Numbered from the stretch's first letter, positions 1-9,207 are shown. The stretch: DNA of 18,311 nt from Myxococcales bacterium (GCA_038320275.1 JBBQEB010000070.1:1-18311), one strand, 5' to 3'. Numbers and translations are program-made. Notes: generated by a model from the letters alone, not told the origin.

Positions 1-1
1 C

Positions 2-412
2 GCGCTCGCCACGTCAGGCGCCCTGCGCGGCGTGGGCGACGAGCGCCGGGCCCGCTTCGTTCGCTTCGCGGCCGCGCTCTACCTCACAGCGCCGCTCTCC
101 CCCCTCGGCTGGCGCACCAACCTCGTCGCCGCCATCCCGGCGCTGCACCTGCTGGTGGCCTCGGCCCGTTCCGCGCAACCGAGCCGAGCGCGGCTGCTGG
201 CCCGGGCCGCGATCGCGCTCGCGCTCGGGGCGCAGGCGCTCACCTACGACGTGGTGGGGCGGGTGGCCTTCGCGCGGCTCCTCTCCGCGCGGCACTACGC
301 CCTCGTCTGCGCCTCGGCGGTGCTGGCCGGATTTGCAAGTGCGCTCGCCATCGCGCGGGGCCGGCCCGCGCGGCGGATCGAGCCATTCGCCCGGCCAGGG
401 AAGCGTGTCTAG
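2..412 (+). CDS. Partial (5'-truncated) polytopic membrane protein, probably the C-terminus of a glycosyltransferase family 87 / DUF2029-like protein
   Basis: The frame is open from the window edge to TAG 410-412. It has several hydrophobic segments, and LSPLGWRTNLV resembles the SPxxW-xx-Y/N loop of GT87-type proteins. Confidence 0.5.
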   Translation, partial: ALATSGALRGVGDERRARFVRFAAALYLTAPLSPLGWRTNLVAAIPALHLLVASARSAQPSRARLLARAAIALALGAQALTYDVVGRVAFARLLSARHYALVCASAVLAGFASALAIARGRPARRIEPFARPGKRV

Positions 413-421
413 GTTCTGTTC

Positions 422-1153
422 ATGGCGCGCACGAAGGCCCCCAGCGGCCCGTTCTTCCGCGGCGTGAAGGCAGCCGCCGGGCTCCTCTCGCGCTGGCATC
501 GCGGTGAACTGGAAGGATTGGAGCACCTCCCCTCCGGTCCAGCGCTCCTCGTCGGCAACCACGGCCTTCTGGGCATGGACACGCCCGTCTTCTTCTGGCT
601 CCTGGAAAAGGCGACCGGCCGGGTGCCGCGCGGGCTCGCGGACCGGCTCCTCTTCGGGAACGCAGTGGTTCGCCCCTGGCTCGAGCGGGTGGGCGGAGTG
701 CCGGGCACTCGCGCCAACGCAGGCCGGCTGCTCCGGCAGGGAGAGCTCGTGGTGTGCTACCCGGGCGGGTCCCGCGAGGTGTTCAAGCGACCCCACCAGC
801 ACTACCAATTGCAGTGGGAAAACTGCATCGGCTTCGCGAGGGTGGCCATCGAGACGGGCGTGCCGATCGTGCCTTTCGCAGGACTCGGCGTGGACGACAC
901 CTTCGCGAACTTCGGTCACGTGGAGGCCGCGACGCGGCTGCTCGGCCGCTACGCGCCCCCACTGGCAATGGGGCTTGGGCCCATCCCCCTACCTTCCCGG
1001 CTGCGCTTCGTCCTGGGAACGCCCATATTTCCTCCGCCCGACGAATCGGGCGCGCCGCGTCTCAAGGCCGCCGTCGAGCGCGCGGTCGAGCTGCTCATCG
1101 CCTCCAGGGGAGCGCATGTCTCTGTCGCAGAGCCCGCCGTCGTCGTTCCATGA
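422..1153 (+). CDS. Lysophospholipid / diacylglycerol acyltransferase family protein (PlsC/DAGAT-like)
   Basis: Catalytic HxxxxD-like motif in LLVGNHGLLGMD, plus YPGGSRE and GFARVAIETGVPIVP blocks typical of the LPLAT superfamily. 243 aa. Confidence 0.9.
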   Translation: MARTKAPSGPFFRGVKAAAGLLSRWHRGELEGLEHLPSGPALLVGNHGLLGMDTPVFFWLLEKATGRVPRGLADRLLFGNAVVRPWLERVGGVPGTRANAGRLLRQGELVVCYPGGSREVFKRPHQHYQLQWENCIGFARVAIETGVPIVPFAGLGVDDTFANFGHVEAATRLLGRYAPPLAMGLGPIPLPSRLRFVLGTPIFPPPDESGAPRLKAAVERAVELLIASRGAHVSVAEPAVVVP

Positions 1154-2039
1154 AGGCGTCGACCATGAGGACCTCGAGCTCCGGGGCGTCCGCGCCCGGG
1201 CCTTCCAGTTCCGGGGGGGCGCCACCGACCGGAGTCGTGCCCTGGTGTGCATCGCCGGCATGGGCGCTGATGGGCGCAGCTTCGTTCGCCAGAAGCCGCT
1301 CGCCGCGCACCACCTGGTGCTGCCCCTCAACCTCCCCTACGAGACCCCCGAGGGCGTCGACCCGCTGATCTTCGCCACCGAGGTGGTGGAGGAGTATCTC
1401 AGGAGCGAGGGCCTCGAGTTCCCGGTGCTGCTCGGCTCGTCCTTCGGAGGTGGCGTGGCGGCCCTGGTGGCCCTGCGCGCCCGCGTTCCCCTGGCGGGGC
1501 TGGTCCTCGCCGATCCCGTCCTCTCGCGAAAGCAGATCCCGCTCGCCACCACCCTCTTCGTCGACTTCCTGGAGGCGCCCGACCCCATCGCCCGCCTCGC
1601 CGCACCTCTCGCCGCTCAGGTGATGGGGGGCTTCGCGCTCGACCGCGAGGGGCGCGACGAGCTCGTCCGGCAGGCGCGCCATTTCACCGGGCGCGAGCTC
1701 AAGCGGCGCCTGCAGGCGCTCCTGCGATTCGACCTTTACCCCGACCTGCCGAGGCTCCGCCTGCCGGTGCTCTTCGTGCACGGCTCGCGCGACCTGCTCG
1801 TCCCGTGGTGGTCGGGACGGCGCGCGGCCCGCATGGTCCCTTACGCCCGCTTCGAGGTCATCCGGGGCGCTGGCCACATCCCGTATCTCTCGCATCCGGA
1901 TGCGTTCAACGCGGTGGTCGGCAGCTTCCTCCGCCAGCTTCCTCACGCCGGCGCGGGCCGCCGCGCCCATCACCGCGAGGAGAAACGCGCGGCCGGCTCC
2001 GGGCACCGCGCGACTGCGCTGGCGCACGGGCGAGGTTAG
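1116..2039 (+). CDS. Alpha/beta fold hydrolase (esterase/lipase-like)
   Basis: Start reassigned from 504 to ATG 1116, which follows AGGGGAG and overlaps the upstream gene by 38 nt. Nucleophile elbow GSSFGG, acid motif HGSRD and His motif GAGH. 307 aa. Confidence 0.88.
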   Translation: MSLSQSPPSSFHEGVDHEDLELRGVRARAFQFRGGATDRSRALVCIAGMGADGRSFVRQKPLAAHHLVLPLNLPYETPEGVDPLIFATEVVEEYLRSEGLEFPVLLGSSFGGGVAALVALRARVPLAGLVLADPVLSRKQIPLATTLFVDFLEAPDPIARLAAPLAAQVMGGFALDREGRDELVRQARHFTGRELKRRLQALLRFDLYPDLPRLRLPVLFVHGSRDLLVPWWSGRRAARMVPYARFEVIRGAGHIPYLSHPDAFNAVVGSFLRQLPHAGAGRRAHHREEKRAAGSGHRATALAHGRG

Positions 2040-2048
2040 ACCGGCGCG

Positions 2049-2966
2049 GTGACCACCGCGAGTCCTCCTGTCGACGCCGGCGCGGTTCAGGCCGACCTGA
2101 CCTCCTTCCTCGCGGCGCTACAGGGTGAGATCTGCGCCGCGCTGGAGCAGCTGGACGGCGCGGGGCGGTTCGGCGAGGACGCCTGGCAGCGGCCCGGTGG
2201 AGGCGGCGGTCTCACCCGCGTGCTGGAGGGCGGGGCGGTGCTGGAGAAGGCAGGGGTGGGGTTCTCGCACGTGCACGGCGAGCTCGACCCGGCCTTCGCC
2301 GCGCGCCTGCAGGGCGAGGGGCGGTCGTTCTCGGCGGTGGGGCTGTCGCTCGTCCTGCACCCGAAGAGCCCGATGATCCCCACCACCCACGCCAACTTCC
2401 GCTTCATCGTGCAGGGCGAGCGCGCCTGGTTCGGCGGAGGGGCGGACCTCACGCCCTACTACCTCTTCGACGAGGACGCGCGCCACTTTCACGGTGCCTT
2501 CCGGGATGCTTGCGACCGCCACGATCCGGCGGCCTATCCGCGCTTCAAGGCGGCCTGCGATCGCTACTTCCACCTCCCGCACCGCGGCGAGGCGAGGGGG
2601 GTGGGCGGCATCTTCTTCGAGAACATGGGTGGCGATCCCGCCCGCGAGCTCGCCTTCGTCAAGGACTGCGCAAAGGCGTTCCTGCCGGCCTGGCTGCCCA
2701 TCGCCGAGCGGCGGCGGGATGCGCCGTACGGCGCGCGCGAGCGCGACTGGCAGGAGATCCGGCGCGGGCGCTACGTGGAGTTCAACCTCCTGCACGACCG
2801 CGGCACGGTATTCGGGCTGCAGACCGGCGGGCGCACGGAGTCGATCCTCATGTCCTTGCCGCCGCGCGTGCGCTGGGTCTATGCGCACGAGCCGCCGCCC
2901 GGAAGCGAGGAGGCGCGCTTGCTCGACGTGCTGCGGCACCCACGGGATTGGGTCACGACCGCCTGA
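2049..2966 (+). CDS. hemF: Oxygen-dependent coproporphyrinogen III oxidase
   Basis: Signature blocks LEKAGVGFSHVHG, SLVLHPKSPMIPTTHANFRF, WFGGGADLTP, RGVGGIFF, RRGRYVEFNLLHDRGT and GGRTESILMSLPP. Confidence 0.97.
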   Translation: MTTASPPVDAGAVQADLTSFLAALQGEICAALEQLDGAGRFGEDAWQRPGGGGGLTRVLEGGAVLEKAGVGFSHVHGELDPAFAARLQGEGRSFSAVGLSLVLHPKSPMIPTTHANFRFIVQGERAWFGGGADLTPYYLFDEDARHFHGAFRDACDRHDPAAYPRFKAACDRYFHLPHRGEARGVGGIFFENMGGDPARELAFVKDCAKAFLPAWLPIAERRRDAPYGARERDWQEIRRGRYVEFNLLHDRGTVFGLQTGGRTESILMSLPPRVRWVYAHEPPPGSEEARLLDVLRHPRDWVTTA

Positions 2967-2981
2967 CCCGGCGGAGCGAGC

Positions 2982-3269
2982 CTACTTGGCGGGACCGGGG
3001 CTCAAGGGCGCGCTCCCCGCGCGCGTCCGGGCCCGGTAGCGCGAGACGCGCCCCGCCACGCTGCGGGCGGCGTGCTGCACCCTGAGCTGGAGCCGGCGCG
3101 CCCAGGGCAGCTCGCGTCCGAGCAGCGCCAGGCCGGCGAGCACCAGCGGCAGCCCGGGACCGGGCAGGAAGAAGAGGACGCCGCCGACGAGCACGAGCGC
3201 GTAGCCGGTGGCCAGCGTCACGGCGCGACGCGCCATGGCCAGCGTCCGCTTCAGCCGCTCCTGCCTCAT
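2982..3269 (-). CDS. Small membrane protein, PGPGW-type putative transmembrane family
   Basis: ATG at 3269 (or GTG at 3272) follows AAGGAGA at 3279-3285. Two hydrophobic helices flank LPGPG and are followed by ELPWARR. 95 aa. Confidence 0.8.
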   Translation of the reverse strand: MRQERLKRTLAMARRAVTLATGYALVLVGGVLFFLPGPGLPLVLAGLALLGRELPWARRLQLRVQHAARSVAGRVSRYRARTRAGSAPLSPGPAK

Positions 3270-3491
3270 CACCGATGCTCTCCTTGGCTCCGCCGCGCGC
3301 GGCAACCTGCTTCTTGCACCATACGCACTCCCTGGGCCCGTGGCCGAGTCACCTGAAGGCGGCACGCCATCACGGGTGGGTGCAGCGACGGCGACCTGTG
3401 GCTCTCCACCGCACGATGGCGCACAGCGGCGCGATACGGACCGTCTGACAGCGGCGCAGCGGAGCATGGCGCGGATCGCTACAACCCGCGC

Positions 3492-3752
3492 ATGGTCAAG
3501 GTCCAGGTGTTCAGCAAGAAGGTGTGCCCGTACTGCGCGCGCGCGAAGGCGCTGCTGACGAAGAAGGGCGTGGCGTTCGAGGAGACCGACGTGGAGCTCG
3601 ACGATGCCAAGCGAGCCTGGCTGGTGGAGGCGAGCGGGCAGCGCACGGTGCCGCAGATCTTCGTCGACGGACGGTCGCTCGGCGGCTTCGCGGACATCGA
3701 AGCGCTCGACAAGGAGGGCAAGCTCGACGCGATCCTGCGCGGCGAAGCGTGA
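3492..3752 (+). CDS. grxC: Glutaredoxin 3
   Basis: CPYC active site, RTVPQIF cis-Pro motif and GGFAD. 86 aa. Confidence 0.95.
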   Translation: MVKVQVFSKKVCPYCARAKALLTKKGVAFEETDVELDDAKRAWLVEASGQRTVPQIFVDGRSLGGFADIEALDKEGKLDAILRGEA

Positions 3753-3824
3753 TCTCGGGCGTTGTCGCAGCGAGGCCCCGTCGCCACCCTGTGGATGACA
3801 TCCACACCGCCCGAGGAGGACAGC

Positions 3825-3983
3825 ATGCAAGAGCAGCCGAGAGAACCCTTGGAACCCACGATCCAGCAGGAGCAGGAGCGTCGAAGCGCCGGACAGGGGC
3901 CGGAGGACGCGCGCGAGGAGTCGGGGCTCTCCCAGCCCGAATCGAGCGCCCAGAAGTCACCCGCGCCGGGGCCGCAGCCGTGA
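3825..3983 (+). CDS. Small hydrophilic hypothetical protein (52 aa)
   Basis: Strong SD (GAGGAGGA at 3813-3820) before ATG 3825. The stop overlaps the next start (GTGA 3980-3983). No recognisable domain. Confidence 0.6.
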   Translation: MQEQPREPLEPTIQQEQERRSAGQGPEDAREESGLSQPESSAQKSPAPGPQP

Positions 3984-4447
3984 GGGTCGGACTCGGAAAG
4001 GCCCTGGCCGCAGGGATCGTGGGCGCCGTGGCGGTGACGCTGGCAAACGAGATCGGCCGTCAAAAGCTGTCCGATTCACCGCGGCTCGACCTCCTGGGCG
4101 AGCGGGCGGTCCGCAAGCTCATGGGAGCAGGCGGCATCCGCCGGCTGGGTCGCCGCGAGGAGATCAAGCGCGCCGCGCTCATGGGCGACCTGGCCTCGAA
4201 CGCGCTGTACTACGCCCTGGCGGCGCCGGGCCGCTCCGCGAATCCGATCGCACGGGGCGTGGGGCTCGGCCTCCTGGCGGGGATCGGCGCGGTGGTGCTC
4301 GGGCCGAAGCTAGGCCTGGGCCATCGGCCCACCGACGACACGGTGGGCACCGCCGCGCTGACCGTGGCCTGGTACACCATCGGCGGCATCGCCGCTGGCG
4401 TCGCCGCGCGCGCCATGCGCGAGGACGACCTGGCAGAGTACGCCTGA
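3980..4447 (+). CDS. Hypothetical integral membrane protein (155 aa)
   Basis: GTG 3980 is in frame with ORF 3524..4447. Several Gly/Ala-rich hydrophobic helices, with blocks PRLDLLGERA and GDLASNALYY. Confidence 0.75.
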   Translation: MRVGLGKALAAGIVGAVAVTLANEIGRQKLSDSPRLDLLGERAVRKLMGAGGIRRLGRREEIKRAALMGDLASNALYYALAAPGRSANPIARGVGLGLLAGIGAVVLGPKLGLGHRPTDDTVGTAALTVAWYTIGGIAAGVAARAMREDDLAEYA

Positions 4448-4486
4448 CCGGCGGAGCAGGTCTCGGATGCCGAAGCCCTACGCTCC

Positions 4487-4936
4487 ATGAGCGACGTCAA
4501 CGACCCGTGCCTCGCCTGCGGCCTCATCGCGGGCGAGGTGCGGCCCGCCGGCGGGATCCTCTGGCGCGGCGGCGGGCTCACCGTCCACGCGCCCGTCGAG
4601 CCGCCCCCCATTGCAGGCTGGGCGGTCCTCACGAGCGACCGCCATGCGCGAGCGCTCGACGACCTCACCCCAGCCGAGCTGGCGGGCCTCGGGCCTCTGG
4701 CGGCCCGCGTGATGCGGGCGCAGCGGTTGGCGCTGGGCGCCGAGCACGTGTACGGGTTCGCCATCGGGGACGCCCTGCGCCATTTCCACCTGCACCTCGT
4801 GCCGCGGTTCGCCGACACGCCGGCGCGGCTTCGCGGGCGGGGGTGCTTCGACGGCAGCTCCGACGACGCGCTCCCGTCCTGGAAGCTGGTGGCCGCCGCG
4901 GAGGCGCTTCGAAGGGCGCTCGCGTCGACCCAGTAG
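4487..4936 (+). CDS. HIT (histidine triad) family nucleotide hydrolase
   Basis: N-terminal CLAC and the triad HFHLHLVPR. 149 aa. Confidence 0.9.
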   Translation: MSDVNDPCLACGLIAGEVRPAGGILWRGGGLTVHAPVEPPPIAGWAVLTSDRHARALDDLTPAELAGLGPLAARVMRAQRLALGAEHVYGFAIGDALRHFHLHLVPRFADTPARLRGRGCFDGSSDDALPSWKLVAAAEALRRALASTQ

Positions 4937-4949
4937 ATCGTCGGCGGCT

Positions 4950-6242
4950 TCAATCGAGGCCGGGAGGGACCGTCTCGCCCCGGCCGGTGCCGGTGAGCCG
5001 ACCTCCCCAAAAGGCGGCGAAGGTCCAGATCCCGCCCGCCAGCAGCACCGCCAAGGGCACGAGCTGCACCGCCGCCCGGAGTGAGCTCGCGTCGGAGATC
5101 CTGCCGATGAGCCAGGGCGAGGGAACGTCCCCGAGCGCGTGGATGGCGAGGATGGACAGGGCGACGGCGGTGGCGCGATCGCCGGGCGCGACCACGTCGA
5201 CGATGACCGAGTTCACCGGTCCGGTGGAGGCGAAGAGGAGGAGCTGGACCGCCACCAGCGCCCCGAACCACACCGCACGGCTCTCCGCCGCGAAGACCAG
5301 CACCGCCAGCGGCGCGGCGGCCAGCGTGGCGAGGCCGGACAGCCCGAGGTAGGCCTGCCGCCACCGCCGCAACAGCCGGTCGCCCAGCCAGCCCCCGGCG
5401 AAGGTTCCCGCGAAGCCCGTCACCACCACCACCGCGCCGAACTGCACGGTCGCGACCGCGCGCGGAATGTTGCGGGCCCGCTCCAGGAACGCCGGCATCC
5501 AGAAGGCCATCGCGCCCAGGGCGAAGGTGTAGGCAGCGTACCCGAGGACGGTGTTGCGGTAGGCGCCGTTCGCGAGGAGCCTTCGGTAGGAGGCGAGGAC
5601 TCCACCGGGAAGCGCCGCGGGCGGGCGCGCTTCGGTCGCGCCGCGCGAAGGTTCGCGGAGCCGGAGCGCCAGGAGCGCGAGGACGAGTCCTGGCAGGCCC
5701 GCCACCAGGAAGGCGGCGCGCCACCCCGCGAGGGCATCCACCTGGCCTCCCACCACGTACCCCAGGGCGGAGCCGATGGGGATGGCGGCGTAGAAGATGG
5801 CGAAGGCCCGGCCGCGGCGCTCTCGAGGGTAGAGGTCGGCGATGAGCGATGGCGCCACCGTCCCGTACGCTGCCTCGCCGATCCCCACCGCCGCGCGGGC
5901 CAGGAAGAGCGCAGCGTACGATCCGGCGAAGGCGGACAGCAGGGTCGCCACGCTCCAGAGGGCGATCCCGGCGGCGAGGAGCCGCGGGCGCGAGGCGCCG
6001 CGATCGGAGAGCCGCCCGAACACGGGCGAAGCCACCATGTAGACGAGCATGAAGGCCGTCATGAGGAGGCCGAGCCTGGCGTCGGTGAGCCCGAGCTCCG
6101 AGCGCTTGAGGCTTTCGACCAGCGCCGCCACCACGAACCGGTCGAGGTAGTTCACGCCGTTCACGAGCGTGAGGAGCGCCAGCGTCCGGCCGGCGCCCGC
6201 GCCCTTACCGGGCCGCGCGCCTGCGGCCGCCACCGAGGTCAC
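4950..6242 (-). CDS. MFS transporter, spinster-like family
   Basis: GTG 6242 overlaps the kinase stop (alternative start GTG 6233). Motifs NYLDR, GRLSDR (motif A), RAAVGIGEA, PSLIADLYP and GWLGDR. About 12 hydrophobic segments. Confidence 0.92.
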   Translation of the reverse strand: MTSVAAAGARPGKGAGAGRTLALLTLVNGVNYLDRFVVAALVESLKRSELGLTDARLGLLMTAFMLVYMVASPVFGRLSDRGASRPRLLAAGIALWSVATLLSAFAGSYAALFLARAAVGIGEAAYGTVAPSLIADLYPRERRGRAFAIFYAAIPIGSALGYVVGGQVDALAGWRAAFLVAGLPGLVLALLALRLREPSRGATEARPPAALPGGVLASYRRLLANGAYRNTVLGYAAYTFALGAMAFWMPAFLERARNIPRAVATVQFGAVVVVTGFAGTFAGGWLGDRLLRRWRQAYLGLSGLATLAAAPLAVLVFAAESRAVWFGALVAVQLLLFASTGPVNSVIVDVVAPGDRATAVALSILAIHALGDVPSPWLIGRISDASSLRAAVQLVPLAVLLAGGIWTFAAFWGGRLTGTGRGETVPPGLD

Positions 6243-8335
6243 GCCTCCGCCTGCGCGCTCGGGCCGGCCAGGGGAAGCTCGACGAAGAAGGTGGCACCCT
6301 GGCCGGGCGCGCTCTCCACGCGGATGGTCCCGCCGAGCGATTCGACGAGCCGCCGCACGATCCACAATCCGAGGCCGAAGCCGCCGTAGTGGCGCTCCGA
6401 TACCGCCCGCTCGAACCTCTCGAAGATACGCCCGTGGGCGTCGGCGGCGATCCCGATGCCGCCGTCGCGCACGGTGAGGATCGCGCTCTCCCCGCCCACC
6501 GCGAGCTCGAGGGCGATGGGGTGGCCGGCGCCGTACTTCACCGCGTTGGAGAGGAGATTGGTGACGATCTGATCCACGCGCAGCCTGTCCCAGCGCCCCA
6601 CCAGCCCGGGCTCGAGGACGGTGGAGAGGGTGCACCCCGCCCTCACCAGCTCCGGCTCGAAGCGCGCCGCCACCTCGCGCGCCAGCTCCGCCAGGTCGAC
6701 CGGCTCGAGGTCGAGGTCGAGCCGGCCGGAGCCGATGCGAGAGAGGTCGAGCAGGCTGTCCACCAGGCGCGCCAGCCGCTCCACGTTGCGCCGGATCACC
6801 TCCGCCTTGCGGGCGATGGGCTCCGGCACGTTGCCGCGCTCTCTCGCCATCCGCAGGCCTTCCACCTGGAGGAGCAGGGAGGTGAGCGGCGTCTTGAGCT
6901 CGTGCGAGGCCACCGAGAGGAAATCGTCCCGGAGCCGCACCGCCTCGTGCGCCCGCCGGTACAGGCGCGCCGTGTCGACCGACATCGCGGTGAGCCGGGC
7001 AAGCTCGAGCGCGAGCTCCCGCTCGGCAGCGTCGAACCCTCTCGAGGAGCCCGTCCGCACCAGCGTCAGCTCGCCGAGCACCTCGTCGCGCGCCCGGAGC
7101 GGTACCTGGACGAGCGAGGCTGCTCCGGCCGCGGCGGCGGGGTCGGCCCCGGACGCGAAGCGCACCAAACCTCGAGGGTCGAGCAGCTCGACGAGGCAAC
7201 CGTCGGCGAGCGACCCCGCAGCCAGCGCGGTCAACCTTTTCAGCGCGGAGCGCTCCTCCAGGGAGGAGAGGAGCGCGCTCGCGTCGGCGAGAAGGCGCGC
7301 CCGGAGCGCGGACCGGCGGGCCTCCGCGGCGGCGCTCGCCTCCCCCTGCGCGAGTCGCACCAGGAGGACGGTGAACAGGATGCCGGCGAGGAGCGCGGCG
7401 CGGGGAAGCCAGCGGCGGCTCCCTGCGAGGAGCGCGGGCGTGGCGATGAAGCGCAGCGTCCAGGTGCGGCCCGCGACGTCGAGGGACACGCGAGACTCGG
7501 GCGAGCCCGTCGCCACGCCGACCATGGAGCTCGAGCGAAAGATGGTGGGGCCCGCGCTCGCTCCGTCCTCGATCTCCAGGGCGATGAGCGCGAGGCTCCG
7601 CGCCGGCAGCGTGAGGCTCACGAGGTCGGCCACCTGGAAGCTCGCGAAGATCCAGCCCCGGATCCCGGCGCGGCGCAAAGCGAGGTCGCCGCCCTCTCTC
7701 GCGAACAGCGGCGCGCAGAGGAGGAACCCGGGCTGTTGCCTCGCGCCTTCCTCCTGCTCGAGCTGCAGGGTTTCCGACGCCGCCACCTGCCCATCGTCGC
7801 GCGATCGCTCGAAGGCCGCGCGGCGCGCCCCCTCGGAGAGCATGTCGAAGCCGGTTCCGCCCTGGCCTTTGCCGTCGAGGAACGCGATGCTCACCACCGG
7901 CGCGTACGCCTCGCGGTCACCGCCGGGCTGGATGCGGTACTCCGGGAGCCCAGCGCTCCGGACCTGAGCCTCGTGGGCGGCGCGCTCGGGCCCGCGCACG
8001 AGCTTCGCGTAGCCCAGCGCGCGGACGCCCGGCTCATGTCGCTCGACCTCGATGGCGCGGGCAAAATCTGCCAGGTCGGCGGTGGTCGGCTCCCTCCCGC
8101 CGCGAAAGAGGCCGCGCGCGGCGCGGATCGTCGCGACGTACGCCTCGAGCCGATCGTGAAGCGCGTCGGCGGCGCGCGCCGAGACCTCCCCGAGGCGCGC
8201 GCGCTCCTCCACGCGCACGGCGCGATCGACCGCCGCGTAGAGGGTCGCGGTCGCGGCGAGGCACAGCACGAGGATGAGGAGCGGGGCGCGGTTCCTGCGC
8301 GCAGCAGCGGCGGCGGAGGCGAGCGCGCCCGGCAT
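6239..8335 (-). CDS. Membrane sensor histidine kinase (TM-CHASE-TM-short GAF-HisKA-HATPase_c)
   Basis: ATG 8335 (TGATG overlap with the upstream gene). CHASE-like GFDMLSEGARRAAFERSRDDG...PGFLLCAP, H-box SHELKTPLTSL, N-box NLLSNAVKY, G1 DGGIGI, F-box IFERF and G2 GFGLGL. 698 aa. Confidence 0.92.
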   Translation of the reverse strand: MPGALASAAAAARRNRAPLLILVLCLAATATLYAAVDRAVRVEERARLGEVSARAADALHDRLEAYVATIRAARGLFRGGREPTTADLADFARAIEVERHEPGVRALGYAKLVRGPERAAHEAQVRSAGLPEYRIQPGGDREAYAPVVSIAFLDGKGQGGTGFDMLSEGARRAAFERSRDDGQVAASETLQLEQEEGARQQPGFLLCAPLFAREGGDLALRRAGIRGWIFASFQVADLVSLTLPARSLALIALEIEDGASAGPTIFRSSSMVGVATGSPESRVSLDVAGRTWTLRFIATPALLAGSRRWLPRAALLAGILFTVLLVRLAQGEASAAAEARRSALRARLLADASALLSSLEERSALKRLTALAAGSLADGCLVELLDPRGLVRFASGADPAAAAGAASLVQVPLRARDEVLGELTLVRTGSSRGFDAAERELALELARLTAMSVDTARLYRRAHEAVRLRDDFLSVASHELKTPLTSLLLQVEGLRMARERGNVPEPIARKAEVIRRNVERLARLVDSLLDLSRIGSGRLDLDLEPVDLAELAREVAARFEPELVRAGCTLSTVLEPGLVGRWDRLRVDQIVTNLLSNAVKYGAGHPIALELAVGGESAILTVRDGGIGIAADAHGRIFERFERAVSERHYGGFGLGLWIVRRLVESLGGTIRVESAPGQGATFFVELPLAGPSAQAEA

Positions 8336-9203
8336 CACCCGGGCCTCGGGCTGCGGGCAAAGGCGGCCTCCAGCCCCGAGCGCAGGCTGGGATGGCGCAG
8401 CTCGAGGGAGAGCTGCGCGCGCGTGCTCTCGCCCAGCACGCGCCGGTTCGCGCCGCGCGCGCCGGCCGCCGAAGGGGCGACTCCGCCTGCCCGGGGAGGC
8501 GTGATCCCAAGGAGCCCCGCGACGAGCTCCACCACCTCGCGCCTGCGCAGCGGCGTGGCGTCGGTGGCGTGGTAGAGGGCGCCTGCCCGGCCCCGGTCGA
8601 GCGCAGCCAGCACCGCGGCCACCGCGTCTTCGAGGTGGCACCCGTTGGTCCAGGCGTCGTCGCCGGGCCCGAGCGCCATCGCCCCGGAGCGGACGCGCTC
8701 GACCACCCCGAGCCTCCCTGGCCCGTACAGCCCGGAGAGCCGGACCACACAGCCGCCGGCTTCCCGCACCACCCCCTCACCCTCCACCAGCCTCTCCGCG
8801 GATGGCGACGCGGGCGCAGGCGGGGTGGCCTCGTCCACGTCCTCACCATTGCGCTGCCCGAACACGCCGGTGGAGCCGGTGTAGACGAGGCGCGCTCCAC
8901 GCGACGCCGCCGCCCGCGCGAGGACGCGGTTCACCTCCACGTACGAGCGCCGGTAGGCCTCGGCGCCCTCCCCGTCCGCCGACTGGCAGGCGATCACCGC
9001 ATCGAGGTCCGCCGGGAGCAGCTCGGAAGAACCGGGCGCGGAGAGGTCGAGCGCGAGCGGCTCGGCGGGGAGGCTGCGCAGGGTCTCCGCGCGCGCCGGA
9101 TCGCGGCGCACGGCCGTCACCCGGTCTCCTCGCCGGGCGAGCTCGCGGGCGACGGCGGTGCCGAGCCACCCGCAGCCCGCGACGAGGACGTGGACCGGCT
9201 TCT

Positions 9204-9207
<4 letters not shown>
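8335..9207 (-). CDS. NAD(P)-dependent epimerase/dehydratase, atypical SDR (YeeZ-like)
   Basis: ATG 9207 (ATGA overlap with the pgm stop). Rossmann motif [10 protein letters not shown], plus [19 protein letters not shown] and HLEDA. 290 aa. Confidence 0.88.

Noticed and set aside
504..1115. Long N-terminal extensions given by the ORF track (starts at 504, 3524, 3830, 7199, 8641, 9732, 12318, 16739)
   Set aside because: They mostly overlap neighbouring genes and are non-domain sequence. Downstream starts with an SD or a stop/start overlap fit better.
3290..3480. Possible ncRNA or small ORF between the PGPGW gene and grxC
   Set aside because: I see no recognisable RNA motif, strong stem or SD-led ORF. 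It is consistent with a plain divergent promoter region.
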